From positions 67,858 through 131,857 of the forward strand of contig JBJOPW010000001.1 of the NCBI GenBank assembly GCA_046050355.1: DNA of 64,000 bases, written 5' to 3'. The notes beneath the pieces are model-generated. The model was not told where the DNA came from and did not search any database. It was given only the letters and a program-made list of their open reading frames with translations. This DNA is from Candidatus Parcubacteria bacterium (GTDB lineage: Bacteria > Patescibacteriota > Minisyncoccia > Phycocordibacterales > UBA918). Below, piece after piece: positions 28,970 through 39,700 of the stretch; position 1 is the stretch's first letter, and every line of letters starts with the position of its first letter. The position numbers and the translations under genes were made by a program.

Positions 28970-29120
28970 GAGACGTGGACTGGGCCATTAGGTGAGAAAA
29001 CGTGGGACGTTTTCGCAAGACTCATTGCGTAATTTTATGAGTGGTAACGAAATAAAATTGCCAATGAGTAGACAGTTTCTGTAAGAAATAGGCCCAGCTC
29101 ACGGAAATTCGCAATAGTCG
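28970..29120. ncRNA. Candidate structured RNA, tandem unit 2
   Basis: Helices 28994..29002/29008..29016 (GAGAAAACG/CGTTTTCGC), 29020..29027/29062..29069 (ACTCATTG/CAATGAGT) and 29031..29037/29053..29059 (AATTTTA/TAAAATT). These covary with unit 1. A further partial copy of the 3' motif TTCGCAATAGTCGG lies at 29190..29205. Confidence 0.35.
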
Positions 29121-29231
29121 GCGAAGAAGATTCAAGAAACATAGTGATTCGGCCTAGAAAAGACATTAGGAATAGTCTTCTCTAGGTAAGTTCGCAATAG
29201 TCGGCTTGCGCTTCGTTTGCTCACTTAATTT

Positions 29232-30461
29232 CTATTCATAGCGAATCGCATCCAGTGGATTTAGAGACGAAGCCCGACGGGCTGGGAAGATTCCAGTCAA
29301 GTACCCCACCGCCGCTGAGAAGAGAGCAATAAATACGAGGAAGCCAATCGGGAAAGAAAAGAGCTTCACTGCCTGCCCGCCAAATTGCCCCGCCACAATA
29401 TTCAAAAAGACATTGATGGTCACCCCTAAACCTACCCCCATCACGATGCCACTAATACCGCCAAGGAAGCCTACTACCACCGACTCTGACACGAAGAGGT
29501 ACTTCACATCATTTGGTGAGGCCCCAATCGTACGCATAATACCGATCTCTTTGGTACGCTCAAGGAGGGTCACCGTCATGGTATTGAACATACCAATGGC
29601 TGACACTACTAGCGCAATACCACCGAAGGTAGCAAGTACGATCTGAATTCCTTGAAAGATTTTGGAAGCTTGCTCCACGGTCTTTGAGAGTGCTGTCACC
29701 CGGTAGCCAGCGTCGATAAGTTTATTTTCTACAATCGGTAAATTCTCGTTGGTATCAACGCGTACTTGAATCCGTTCAAATTCTTCAATACCGACATAGT
29801 TGCGTAGTTCAGGCAACATCATCATCGCATTAAGGACACCTTCCTCTTTGGTAATGCCACGAACAGTGTATTCCTTATCAATAATGACTTCAGTGTTGTT
29901 GTTAGTCCCATCATTAGCCGGAATCAAAATACGAAATGATACTTTTTCACCAACAAAGGTGGCTGGATCATCAACTCCAAACAGCTTTAGTACGGCTGGC
30001 GAAAGCATCACAGAATTCGTATCACCAGCGTCAGCATCGGTAAAGACAGTGCCTTCAGTGGCCGATACGCCGGCATACCGCAGATAAGGTGGCTCCACAC
30101 CTTGAATAAAGACGTTCCCGGTGAGACCTTTGTAGGTGACGAGAGCCGGAAAGCGAGCGAGCGGAGCGGCGTCGAGTACCTCAGGCATATTTTCAAAATC
30201 AGCCACGGTCTCGGTGGTCAATTTTAGGTTTTGCGCACCAGTAGCTGAGACACCGAGCGACAAAAGGGTCTCACCAAACACGATCTGTTCTAGAATGATT
30301 TGCTGCAAACCAAACCCAAGACCAACGAGAATCACCACGGCCCCTGTCCCCACACCCATACCCAAAATCGTGAGCCACGTACGAAGCGGGTTGGTTTTGA
30401 ACATACGCGTCGAAAGCTGCGCCAGATCCTGAACTCGCATAGTACTTACATTATGACACAA
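29232..30461 (-). CDS. ABC transporter permease, MacB/FtsX family (N-terminal TM, large periplasmic domain, C-terminal FtsX 3-TM bundle)
   Basis: 409 aa. TM1 LRTWLTILGMGVGTGAVVILVGLGFGL, a ~230-aa periplasmic core, then a C-terminal FtsX-like region (IALVVSAIGMFNTMTVTLLERTKEIGIMRTIGASPNDV...). Confidence 0.8.
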   Translation of the reverse strand: MCHNVSTMRVQDLAQLSTRMFKTNPLRTWLTILGMGVGTGAVVILVGLGFGLQQIILEQIVFGETLLSLGVSATGAQNLKLTTETVADFENMPEVLDAAPLARFPALVTYKGLTGNVFIQGVEPPYLRYAGVSATEGTVFTDADAGDTNSVMLSPAVLKLFGVDDPATFVGEKVSFRILIPANDGTNNNTEVIIDKEYTVRGITKEEGVLNAMMMLPELRNYVGIEEFERIQVRVDTNENLPIVENKLIDAGYRVTALSKTVEQASKIFQGIQIVLATFGGIALVVSAIGMFNTMTVTLLERTKEIGIMRTIGASPNDVKYLFVSESVVVGFLGGISGIVMGVGLGVTINVFLNIVAGQFGGQAVKLFSFPIGFLVFIALFSAAVGYLTGIFPARRASSLNPLDAIRYE

Positions 30462-30577
30462 CTACTTTTCGTAAACATTAGATAACCCCCATGTCAAAAT
30501 GAATATAAATATAGAATAGACAAAGTATTCAGTCACTTTTCAATTTTCCATCTTCACTATTCTATATTTATTTGATG

Positions 30578-31900
30578 CTAACTTTTGTAACTAACATCTA
30601 CCCCTTGTGCAATCAACTTTTCAAAGTAACGAGTCATGTCATCAGCCTCCTTCTCAGACAAAGAGAGACCTTTGCTCCGGATCCCTTCCATTAATCGTGT
30701 ATTAAAGTCTTTCTCTTCGACGACACCAGTCACTCGGTCCGCCACTAGTTCAACGAGGTTAGCATCTTGCTCTTTACTAAGCTTCATACGGTATACCTCT
30801 TGGAGGTGATCACGGAGTCGCTCAGCGAGTTTATGTTGACTAAAGAAAACACCGGCATTGTCCTTCTTGGCACGAAAACGGCGAATATCATCTGATTGTT
30901 CAATCAATTTTTCACTCCGTTTGGCCATATCTTTGGCTACCGACTCTGGCACCTCCACTCCCCCGCGTTCTAATGGCAATACAAGTGCATTTATAAAGGC
31001 GTCGCGATCAATTTTGCCTTTAATGAAGAAACCAACCGCACGTTCAAGTCGTTGGATTTGGTCAAAGGTGTAGTCTTGTGTGAGGTAGTTTACAAGACTT
31101 TTTACCCGCAGAGTTTCTACCGAATCATACGGGAAGAGTCGTGCCAGCTGCTCGAGTTCAGTCACAATCGTCTCCCCTTCACGTACTGGCTTAATCTGTT
31201 TACGTTGCGGGTTGACCACTTCGCGCACAATAAAGCCATCTTTGAGATAGTACACCCGGTGCGCATACGAAAGATGCGCAGCGTTGTGTGACACCATAAT
31301 AATGGTACGACGGTCAAAGGTGTTAATTTCGTCAATTTTATCCATTACTTGCTGAGTCGAAATCGAGTCAAGGTTACCGGTTGGTTCGTCCGCCAGAAGA
31401 ATCTTTGGATCATTCACCATACTCCGAGCTACTGATACACGCTGTTGCTGTCCACCGGAGAGCATCGAGGGGATTTTGTGTGACACATGCCCTACCCCAA
31501 AACGATCGAGGAGCGATTGGGCTCGTCGATCACGGGTCTGTTTGTCGGCATTACAAAAAATCATTGGTAGAGCTACATTATCAAGCACCGACAGCGACCC
31601 AATGAGGTTAAACGACTGGAAGATAATACCCATCACGTAGCGCTGGAAGTACACACGTTCTGAAGGTGGATAGGAATAGATATCATCCCCTCGAATAAGG
31701 AGTGTTCCGTCTCCTGGTGGCAAAGAACCCTGAATTGAATACATGAGTGTCGACTTCCCTGACCCTGAGGCCCCGAAGAGAATGATGTACTCACCTTCAT
31801 AGATGTCCGTGTTCACATTTTGGAGCGCACGAAATTCGTTACTCTTGCCTTTATTATAAATAATCGACAAGTCACGACAAACAATCAGAGGCTTCGCCAT
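30578..31900 (-). CDS. ABC transporter ATP-binding protein (MacB/FtsE/LolD-like) with a ~200-aa C-terminal extension
   Basis: Walker [10 protein letters not shown], signature [14 protein letters not shown], Walker [14 protein letters not shown]-loop MVSHN. Residues ~230-440 are a charged helical extension with no recognisable domain. Confidence 0.85.
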   Translation of the reverse strand: MAKPLIVCRDLSIIYNKGKSNEFRALQNVNTDIYEGEYIILFGASGSGKSTLMYSIQGSLPPGDGTLLIRGDDIYSYPPSERVYFQRYVMGIIFQSFNLIGSLSVLDNVALPMIFCNADKQTRDRRAQSLLDRFGVGHVSHKIPSMLSGGQQQRVSVARSMVNDPKILLADEPTGNLDSISTQQVMDKIDEINTFDRRTIIMVSHNAAHLSYAHRVYYLKDGFIVREVVNPQRKQIKPVREGETIVTELEQLARLFPYDSVETLRVKSLVNYLTQDYTFDQIQRLERAVGFFIKGKIDRDAFINALVLPLERGGVEVPESVAKDMAKRSEKLIEQSDDIRRFRAKKDNAGVFFSQHKLAERLRDHLQEVYRMKLSKEQDANLVELVADRVTGVVEEKDFNTRLMEGIRSKGLSLSEKEADDMTRYFEKLIAQGVDVSYKS

Positions 31901-32256
31901 ACGTAGCTACATTATGACACAGCATAACAATTGAAGACGTCTCTCATATCCCCATTACCAAATCAAAACAAATAAGATGTGTGATTTGTTTCAGCATGAG
32001 TCTGCTAGGATTTACAAACTTGATGCAGTTCGAGGCGGACGAGTAAAATTTTGTGAGGCGTATTAAATATACGTTTAATAAAATTTTATGAAGTCCAACA
32101 AAGAAATGCGCTAGTTTGGAGATTCTAGTTGGTAATGTTCTTAACCCAACCAAAAAGTAAAACAACAACCGTGAGGTTGTATGATTTTACTTTGTTCCAA
32201 CTTTCTATTCCTAATGAAAGTTCTGGAACCTTTTGGTGGATTAAGATATAACTAAT

Positions 32257-33732
32257 TTAATTAGTTATATTCTTAACCCAACCAAAAGTAGACTCAAAGT
32301 TCTCAAGAATCAAATCAATAATATTCTTCTCTTGAATCGGTGTAAAGAGCACGAAGTTTTCAGACTGTATGGTATTTTCAGCTTCATCAGTACAGTTAAG
32401 CCAGAATTGGTAGACAGTCGCCGGCGCAAAATCAGTAATAACCTCAACGTGGTTGGTATTATATTCAAGTACTTCTTTTTCGAGCACAATCGGTTCAACT
32501 CCACCCGCCACTCCTTCACGATAGGTCATAATACATGAAGCCGGTTCATCAGTATTCCATTCAACGATTGTCTGTACCCGTGATTCTCCCCCCGGGAAAA
32601 TAGTAGATTCATTGGTCACATTTGAGATCAGCGGAGCCGAATTATCGCGTACCGTAATAAATTGAATCGGTTGACTACGAACGCGGTCTCCGCCAGAGTT
32701 TTCGGCAATCACAAACGCGACATAGCGAGTACCCAGAGTAAGATCAGAGAGACGCATCTGGTGTGTAGTGGCTAAAGTTGGTCGCCCTACAGAATTCTGG
32801 GTACCAAGGGTGAGATCTTGGTATTCAATGAGCGCTTTCGCCGGCACGGTTGTATCCCACGCTAGGGTGGCAGCATTTTCTTCTACCTTGACGATGCGTA
32901 AGTTACGAATGTCGGGTAACGAGGCTTTGGTTTTAAACGTGTACGTTCTACTTTCACCAGTAATTTGGTACGAATCGGTGGAACGAACTTGAAAACTGTA
33001 CTCAGTAAATGGCTCAAGACCAATGAGCTTAATCTCGTGGTCAGTGACCGCACCAGCGGTTGACGATTGTGAGAAATCAAAATTGGTACCATCAAAGCCG
33101 TTAGTTCGGGCAAAACGAACTTCTGAATTGGCTTCACGATCAGTCACCCAGGACACAGTTGCTGAAGTAGTTTCTGGTACTACCGTTGGTGGACCAACAA
33201 TGGTCAAATCTTCAGTAATACCCTGAATCGCTTTGACAGTTTCGTTAAGAATTTCCTGGAGCTGTTGTGGGCTTTGGATTTGCTGAATTTGTTCAACAAT
33301 CTCTTGCGGTGTATTAGTTTGTCCGGGTCCAACCCCACTACCTGAGCCACTGTCTGAAGATTTCTCGCTATCGACATCTATTTTGTAGTCAGCGGAGATA
33401 CCTTGGTTACCATCAGCATCAGCGGAAATCACTCGAAAATAGTACGTACGACCAGGGTCGAGGTTTTCGAGGGTCACCGAATGACTGGTACGATTTGCTA
33501 CTGGCACACGGACAACTCCCAGATCTGGATTGAGACTGTAATTTACTGCCGAATCCGCGCTTTCATTCGTCTTCCAAGTAATCGTTACCGTTGTTTCGGT
33601 GGATGAAGCAACTTTTACTTCGGTGATTTCTGGTGCTTTTGTATCACTGGTTTGCGCTATAAGCGGGTTACTCGGTAACGCAAAAACACCGAGGAAGAGG
33701 AGGAGTAGCGGAAATAAACGCAACATAATCAT
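32257..33732 (-). CDS. Secreted protein with tandem fibronectin type III-like domains
   Basis: Signal peptide. Repeated FN3-like units (TETTVTITWKTNESADSAVNYSL...DPGRTYYFRVISADADGNQG; SATVSWVTDREANSEVRFART; ENAATLAWDTTVPAKALIEYQ; TIVEWNTDEPASCIMTYRE). Confidence 0.7.
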   Translation of the reverse strand: MIMLRLFPLLLLFLGVFALPSNPLIAQTSDTKAPEITEVKVASSTETTVTITWKTNESADSAVNYSLNPDLGVVRVPVANRTSHSVTLENLDPGRTYYFRVISADADGNQGISADYKIDVDSEKSSDSGSGSGVGPGQTNTPQEIVEQIQQIQSPQQLQEILNETVKAIQGITEDLTIVGPPTVVPETTSATVSWVTDREANSEVRFARTNGFDGTNFDFSQSSTAGAVTDHEIKLIGLEPFTEYSFQVRSTDSYQITGESRTYTFKTKASLPDIRNLRIVKVEENAATLAWDTTVPAKALIEYQDLTLGTQNSVGRPTLATTHQMRLSDLTLGTRYVAFVIAENSGGDRVRSQPIQFITVRDNSAPLISNVTNESTIFPGGESRVQTIVEWNTDEPASCIMTYREGVAGGVEPIVLEKEVLEYNTNHVEVITDFAPATVYQFWLNCTDEAENTIQSENFVLFTPIQEKNIIDLILENFESTFGWVKNITN

Positions 33733-33750
33733 AGGTAGTATACCATCACG

Positions 33751-36700
33751 TTATGGTGAGACTGGCGTAAAGACGTTGATACCAGAGTGAGGCGCACTGT
33801 TCACCCCAAACGGTACCTCAATTCCCCAGAAGATGTCCGTGGTTACTGGTGGCGTTGGTACGGTCGGTTTACTGAGATTAACATCAAGTGCTACTGGAGT
33901 TGAACTTGAGAGGAGTGAGCAGACGGCACAGCCACTGTAGGTGAACGTACTCGTAGCAAATTTTTGTTTATTGGCTGGAATCACTGATGAGGCGCCATCA
34001 CTGAGATCAGTTCCCTCTACTTCGATATCAAATGGTACGTTACCAGCATTTGCAATAGTCGTTGTTGCATTATAAGAACCGGTATCAGCTTGAGGGGCCA
34101 AAGAACCGTAGTTAATACCAGAATTTATACTCAGTGATCTTACCGTAAGTAGTTCAACGGCCAAGCTATCAGCAAAATCATATCCGCCACTATTATCAAT
34201 CACTTCAGTGAAGGCGAACCACTCAGCTGCGCCATCATCTGAAGGAGTTGCAAAGAATTGTATATCAGCATAACAAATTAAGTTACAGTTGTTGCCTGTG
34301 CACTGCAGATTACATTGATTACTGGTATCAACACGGTAACAATTGTTGTCATCAGGTGTACATGATGAGGTACCGGACGCGGTTTTGTAGAAGGTAGTCG
34401 TAGCCATTTTAATATCACTCGCACCGTTAAAGTCGGTAATGGTTGTCGTGGCGTAAATGCGGGTGGTTGTTCCTGGTAGCAATGCAATGTCAAACCCGTC
34501 ATTGAGGTTGACTGTGCCAATCACCGGATCAAATTGGAGACCAAGTTCAGCCACTTTAGCGTAGTAGTCGATTGGAGTTGAACCGTTTACCACGCGGAAA
34601 CAGTAGTTATCAGAAGCATTGTTAGTCGGAGTAATCACATACTCAAGTTCGGTGTAACGATCTTGATTAACTGATAAACCACTAGTCATAGTAGACGGAC
34701 TTTCAACAACCGCACCAGCACTAAACTGACCATTACTGGTAGTAAGCAAGTCGGTAGTCGCTTCACCGTCGGTAACGTTGCTGGATACCTGCATACAAAC
34801 GGGTGACGATCCGCACGATGCCTGATTTGGTACGGCTGCAAAGCTACCACTACTGACCGCTTCACAACTCGGAGCACCACCCTTGGCGGCATACTGGAGC
34901 CGGTAGGTCTGTCCTGTCACATCGAGACCAGAATTCTCTATGCCGATACGTAGACGACGAGTGACATTTGGCAAGCCACTACCTAAAGTATTCTCCGCAG
35001 CGACCCACGATGCACCACCGGCAGTTTGTTTGGCACCAAAGGAAATACCGGGATTAATCGGACCTCGTCCGCTCACCTGGTAGCTATCCCAGGCGCCATT
35101 TTGTACCCAGAAGGTAAAGCCCATACCACCACTGGTATACGAACTATCGGTAGCGGTAGTCGACGCTACAATCGAGCCAGCAGCATTATAGAGGTACACA
35201 TCAATACGATTGCTGGTTTGCCAATCAATTTCGACCAGATACCAACCAGTAGCAAAGGTGACCGTGGTAGACGCCAAGCGGGTACCGGAAACATCGTTAT
35301 CAGTTACATTCTTCGACAGTGAGAGGCGGTCTGTTCCAAACAGTTCAAGACACACTGCGTAGTTATTATTATTGGTGCCGGGAGTTTGTACACCAAATAG
35401 TGCACAACCTTCATCGGCTGATCCCGTTGTAGTATCGACGTATTGGCGATATCGAATAACTTGACCCTGCGCTGTTAGACTGCCGGTACGGAAGATACCA
35501 TCAGTGGTTCGACCTGACTTATTTAAGGCTTCAAGCGCATAGCTACCACCAAAGACTGGCGCGGTATCGGTCTGGAATAATGTCGTATCGCCACTGTACT
35601 CAGTAATATTGTTATCTTCAAAGTCGTCACTAAAGCTGAAAGTGGCAGCCGCTGAACTTGAACTGGTTGAACTTGCATTTCCAAAGTACGCAAAGACATC
35701 AGTATATGCATTTGCCGCTAGACTCGGCACCTCTACCCACACCACGGCTTCAGTACTCGCCGTGTAACGATCAAGCCAGAAATCAAGTGGCGTCACCCCG
35801 TCAATACGGGTAAAGCGAAGATCATCAAAGTCAGATTGCATCGCACTATCGTACGGTACGACAATCTTAACCGTGGTGGTCGAGAAAGTGGTAGCGGTAA
35901 TGTTTTCGATGCGGACTCGCTGCCGATTACTCCATGACAAGTTATACCACTCACTATTTGGCGCTCCTTCTCCCCCATCATCAGCACGCCAACGGTAGCT
36001 GGTCTGTGAAGTCAAAAGACAACCACTATCGTCAAAGCGTATTGAACCACATGCGTCAACACCGTCACTGTCAAACGCTTCTCCACCGATGTTGCCGTAG
36101 CTACCACTAAAGCGCCACGCATTACTGGTACTACCGACCAGTGCTGTATTGGTACCATTCCAACTATTTCCAGCATTAAAGCCAACGGCGGTAAATATCT
36201 TTGACGCATTGGCATTAAGCGCTGTGTCAGCCAATGTGATGAGGGTACCACCGTTAAGCGCTAGATTGTAGTAACCGTTACTCAAATTGGTGATAGTAGG
36301 CGTATTGATGAAATTAAGACCGGTGCTATTGAGGGCGTTAAAGCGATAGTACTGGGCATTAAAGGTACCACCAGTGACAATAAACGCGTGGGTGCCGGTA
36401 CTGATGTTACCAATGGTAGTCGAGGCACTTAGTCCACCAATGATACTAAGAGTACCGCTCTGGACAGTGGTAGTTGCATTTTCATTGATCCGAACGGTTA
36501 CTGCTCGCTCAGTGCCAGTAAGTGCAGTACCATCAAAATCGGTAGCGTACGACCAGTATTCACTCGTGGTGGCAACGGTGAAGTCTCCATAAATATTGAG
36601 GGCTCCGTCAACTACGCCATGGTCTTGTGAGTAGAGTGAGGCCCCCGCACCGGTAGTGGTGGTAGCCACCGAACTATTCCACAGGCGTAGATCAGCGACA

Positions 36701-39700
36701 TTGATTGACAAGGTGGCATAATCGTCACCACCAGTGGTTTTAGTATTGATAGTGTATGGCGCACTGTTGGTGAGACTGATAATGGTATTAGTCCAGGTCG
36801 TTGCACCACCACCAACAAGATTAGTGAACACACCACCAATACTAAGCGAAGTACCAGCTTCTTTGGTAAATGCTGATGCGGTGGTGAGGGTAAGGTTATT
36901 TGTTGTCGTGGCATTACCTTGCCAGGTCCATCCACCGGAAGCACTGGCAAACTGGACATTGTAGAACGGACTGGTACTTGCATTGATGGTCTTGCCACTG
37001 GCTGTCGCATTGAAGAGGACGGTTCCAGAAGCATGACTGAAGGTACCGCCAGTCACGAGGAATGAGCCACCAACAGAGAGTGTATTTGTCGCTGCCACGA
37101 GGGATCCAGATGCTATGACTACATCATCACGGAAGGTCGCTGAGGCATCAGTGATATTGATGGTACCAACATCAGTCTTGCGGAGCGCAAAGAGATCAGA
37201 ACCACGGGTGGTGATTGAGGCGGCACTGGCACTCGTCATATAGAGGTCAGCAGTGTTATGAGTGACAGTACCACTCGCATTAGTGAATGAACCACCGACA
37301 GCGAGGGCGCCACTTGGCAGCGTGACAGTACCAGTGTTACTGATAATAAAGCTACCGGTAGTCGTAGCATTGGTATCAGTCATACTCCAGGCACCGCCAG
37401 CACCCGTGAAGTACAAGGCTGGCACCATCGCGTCATCAAAGCGGACAATATTACCAGTTGAAGAACTGACAAAGGCAATACCGGTACCTGGCATCGAGAA
37501 GCTACCACCCGTCGCATTAAACGAAGCACCAATAGTGGTCGTACCACTACCAAAGGTTACCGTACCAGCGCTTTGAGTGTAAGAACGAGTAGTAGTCAGC
37601 GCACTATCGGCTACTGTCCAAGAACCACTACCAGTGATATAGAGGTTGTAGAATGCCCCACTATTGACGTCAATCGTACGACCAGCACCCGTAGTGGTGA
37701 GTGTGGTTGTTGATTGACCAGCGGTAAAGACAGCTCCAGCACCAAAGATGATACTGCCAGCAATACTGTGTGTCTCATTGCCCTGTGCGCGCCAAGTGGC
37801 ATTCGCAAGAGCCTCAAGCGTGCCGTCTTGCGCACCGCCACCACCGCCACCACTAAGGGTGACATTACCATTTGGTTCAAAGGTCTTACTTGTCCAGATA
37901 AGGAGCTTCTGGTCAGCTGGCAAGCTGAGCGTATCGCTGCCAGCATCAACCGCCGTGAAGAGAATATCACCATCATCACTACTATCCCAAACCGCCATGT
38001 CGGCAATTGAAAGTGGGCTAGTGTTTTCGTGGCGGACAATCACCCGATTTTCGTACAAGTGCATGTCACTAATCGATGAGATTGGATCAGCACTGACGGT
38101 TACTGCCTTGCGGATGTTGTTGTCGATATACACCGTCAACGTATCAGCCGGACTAAAGGCTACGTTTGGAATACTATATGCTCCGGTAGTGGCATTACAT
38201 GGTGTTGAGTAGGTCGTAAGCCCTGCAACGCGGAGCACAATGTTGGCGGTGACGCCGTTACAAACTGGCGAGACCGTCACCCCTTCGTCACTGTAGACAT
38301 TACCCGATACCGTGATAAGCGCAGCTGAGTCATCCCAGACGATGTACCCAGGATCACCAGCCGGATCATTGTCATATACTTCCCCATCAATTGAGCCGGT
38401 GTGGTTCGTAAAGCGCCACGAACTAACCGCCGTTCCGGTCGCGGTCACGTTGGTAGCAGCACTCACACCAGTTGAAGTGGCGAAATGGTTGTTAGTTAAG
38501 TTCTTCGCCGGGTTGTTATTAAGGACAGTACTACCAATGGTAACGCCTGTACCACCAGTAGCCCCAACTTCGATATCCACTCGTGAGAAATCGGTGACGA
38601 TTGGTGTGCCGGTAAAGATGATACCACTGGTGCTAGCGTTGCGCACCGTTGCATAGTTCCAGTTAGCAGTGCCACTACCACCAATTATCACACCATAAGT
38701 GCCCGCGCCTTGATTGGTGATTGAGGTGGATGCTCCAGCAGCCCCAATTACCGAGAGACTACCACCAGTGAGATTATAGGCTGCACCTGAAGCAAAGGCT
38801 ACGGTCACGACACGTTCACTACCACTAAGAGCGGTGCCATCAAAGTCAGTGGCGTAACTCCAGTAATCAGACGCGCTTGTTTCGGCAAACGTGCCGTAGA
38901 CGTGGAGAAGACCATTGGTGTTGTTGTGATCTTGTGAGTAGATACCACCGAGCGCATTGTAGGTAGTAGCGCTACTATTCCAGAGACGGATACGAGTATC
39001 ACTGGCCACTCCGAGTGTACTGTATGTATCGGCAGTAGTTTTTTGGTTCACTGCTATGCTGCTACCACCATAGAAGTAGAGCGTGCCCGGGAAATCAGTG
39101 GCTGCGCCACCCAGTTGATTATCAAAGGTACCCGCGAGTGCCAGTGTCGTACCCGTCGCGACTCTAAAGAGTGCGTGGTTCTGGAGAGTAAAGCTCACGG
39201 TAGAGGTCGCTGATTCAGATACGGTAAATGAACCAGTGCCATTAATACGGGTGCGAGCGAGCGGTGAAGTACCCATCGCAATGGTATGAGTTCCACTACC
39301 AGTGAAAGCAGCTATGCCACCGTTTGCTAGTACCGTCCCGTTATTATCGATACTACCGGCAATAGTGGTGGTCGCCGTATCACTGAGACTCAAGGTCGAA
39401 GCTGAAGCTACAAACACGTCGCCACTTACCGTAAGTACTGGGTCTGACTGATTGGTGGTGAAGGTTGAAGAAGCAGTACCGTTACCGATAGTGAGATTAC
39501 GGTTAACGAGGATACCAACACCACTGGTCGTGAAGGTAGAACTACCAACGCTGGCTCCGACAGCTAAGTCGTAGTAGGTCGTACCGAGCACAGTTGCGTT
39601 CGCACCACTATAGGTAACGAGCCCAGTGCCTGGTCGATACGTTCCAGACACCGAGAAGACGGTACCGCTACCCGTGAGATTAATTGGCGAAGAGCCAACA

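Noticed and set aside
28785-29125. Possible CRISPR array in the 631-bp spacer
   Set aside because: Only two long (~150 nt) divergent repeat units. No short regular direct repeats, no unique spacers of uniform size, and no cas genes nearby. A duplicated structured-RNA or 3'-UTR element is the better explanation.
31944-32168. 74-aa minus-strand ORF in the spacer between the ABC ATPase gene and the FN3 gene
   Set aside because: AT-rich and hydrophobic or low-complexity, overlapping the duplicated 3'-end repeat. No RBS or domain. Most likely spurious.
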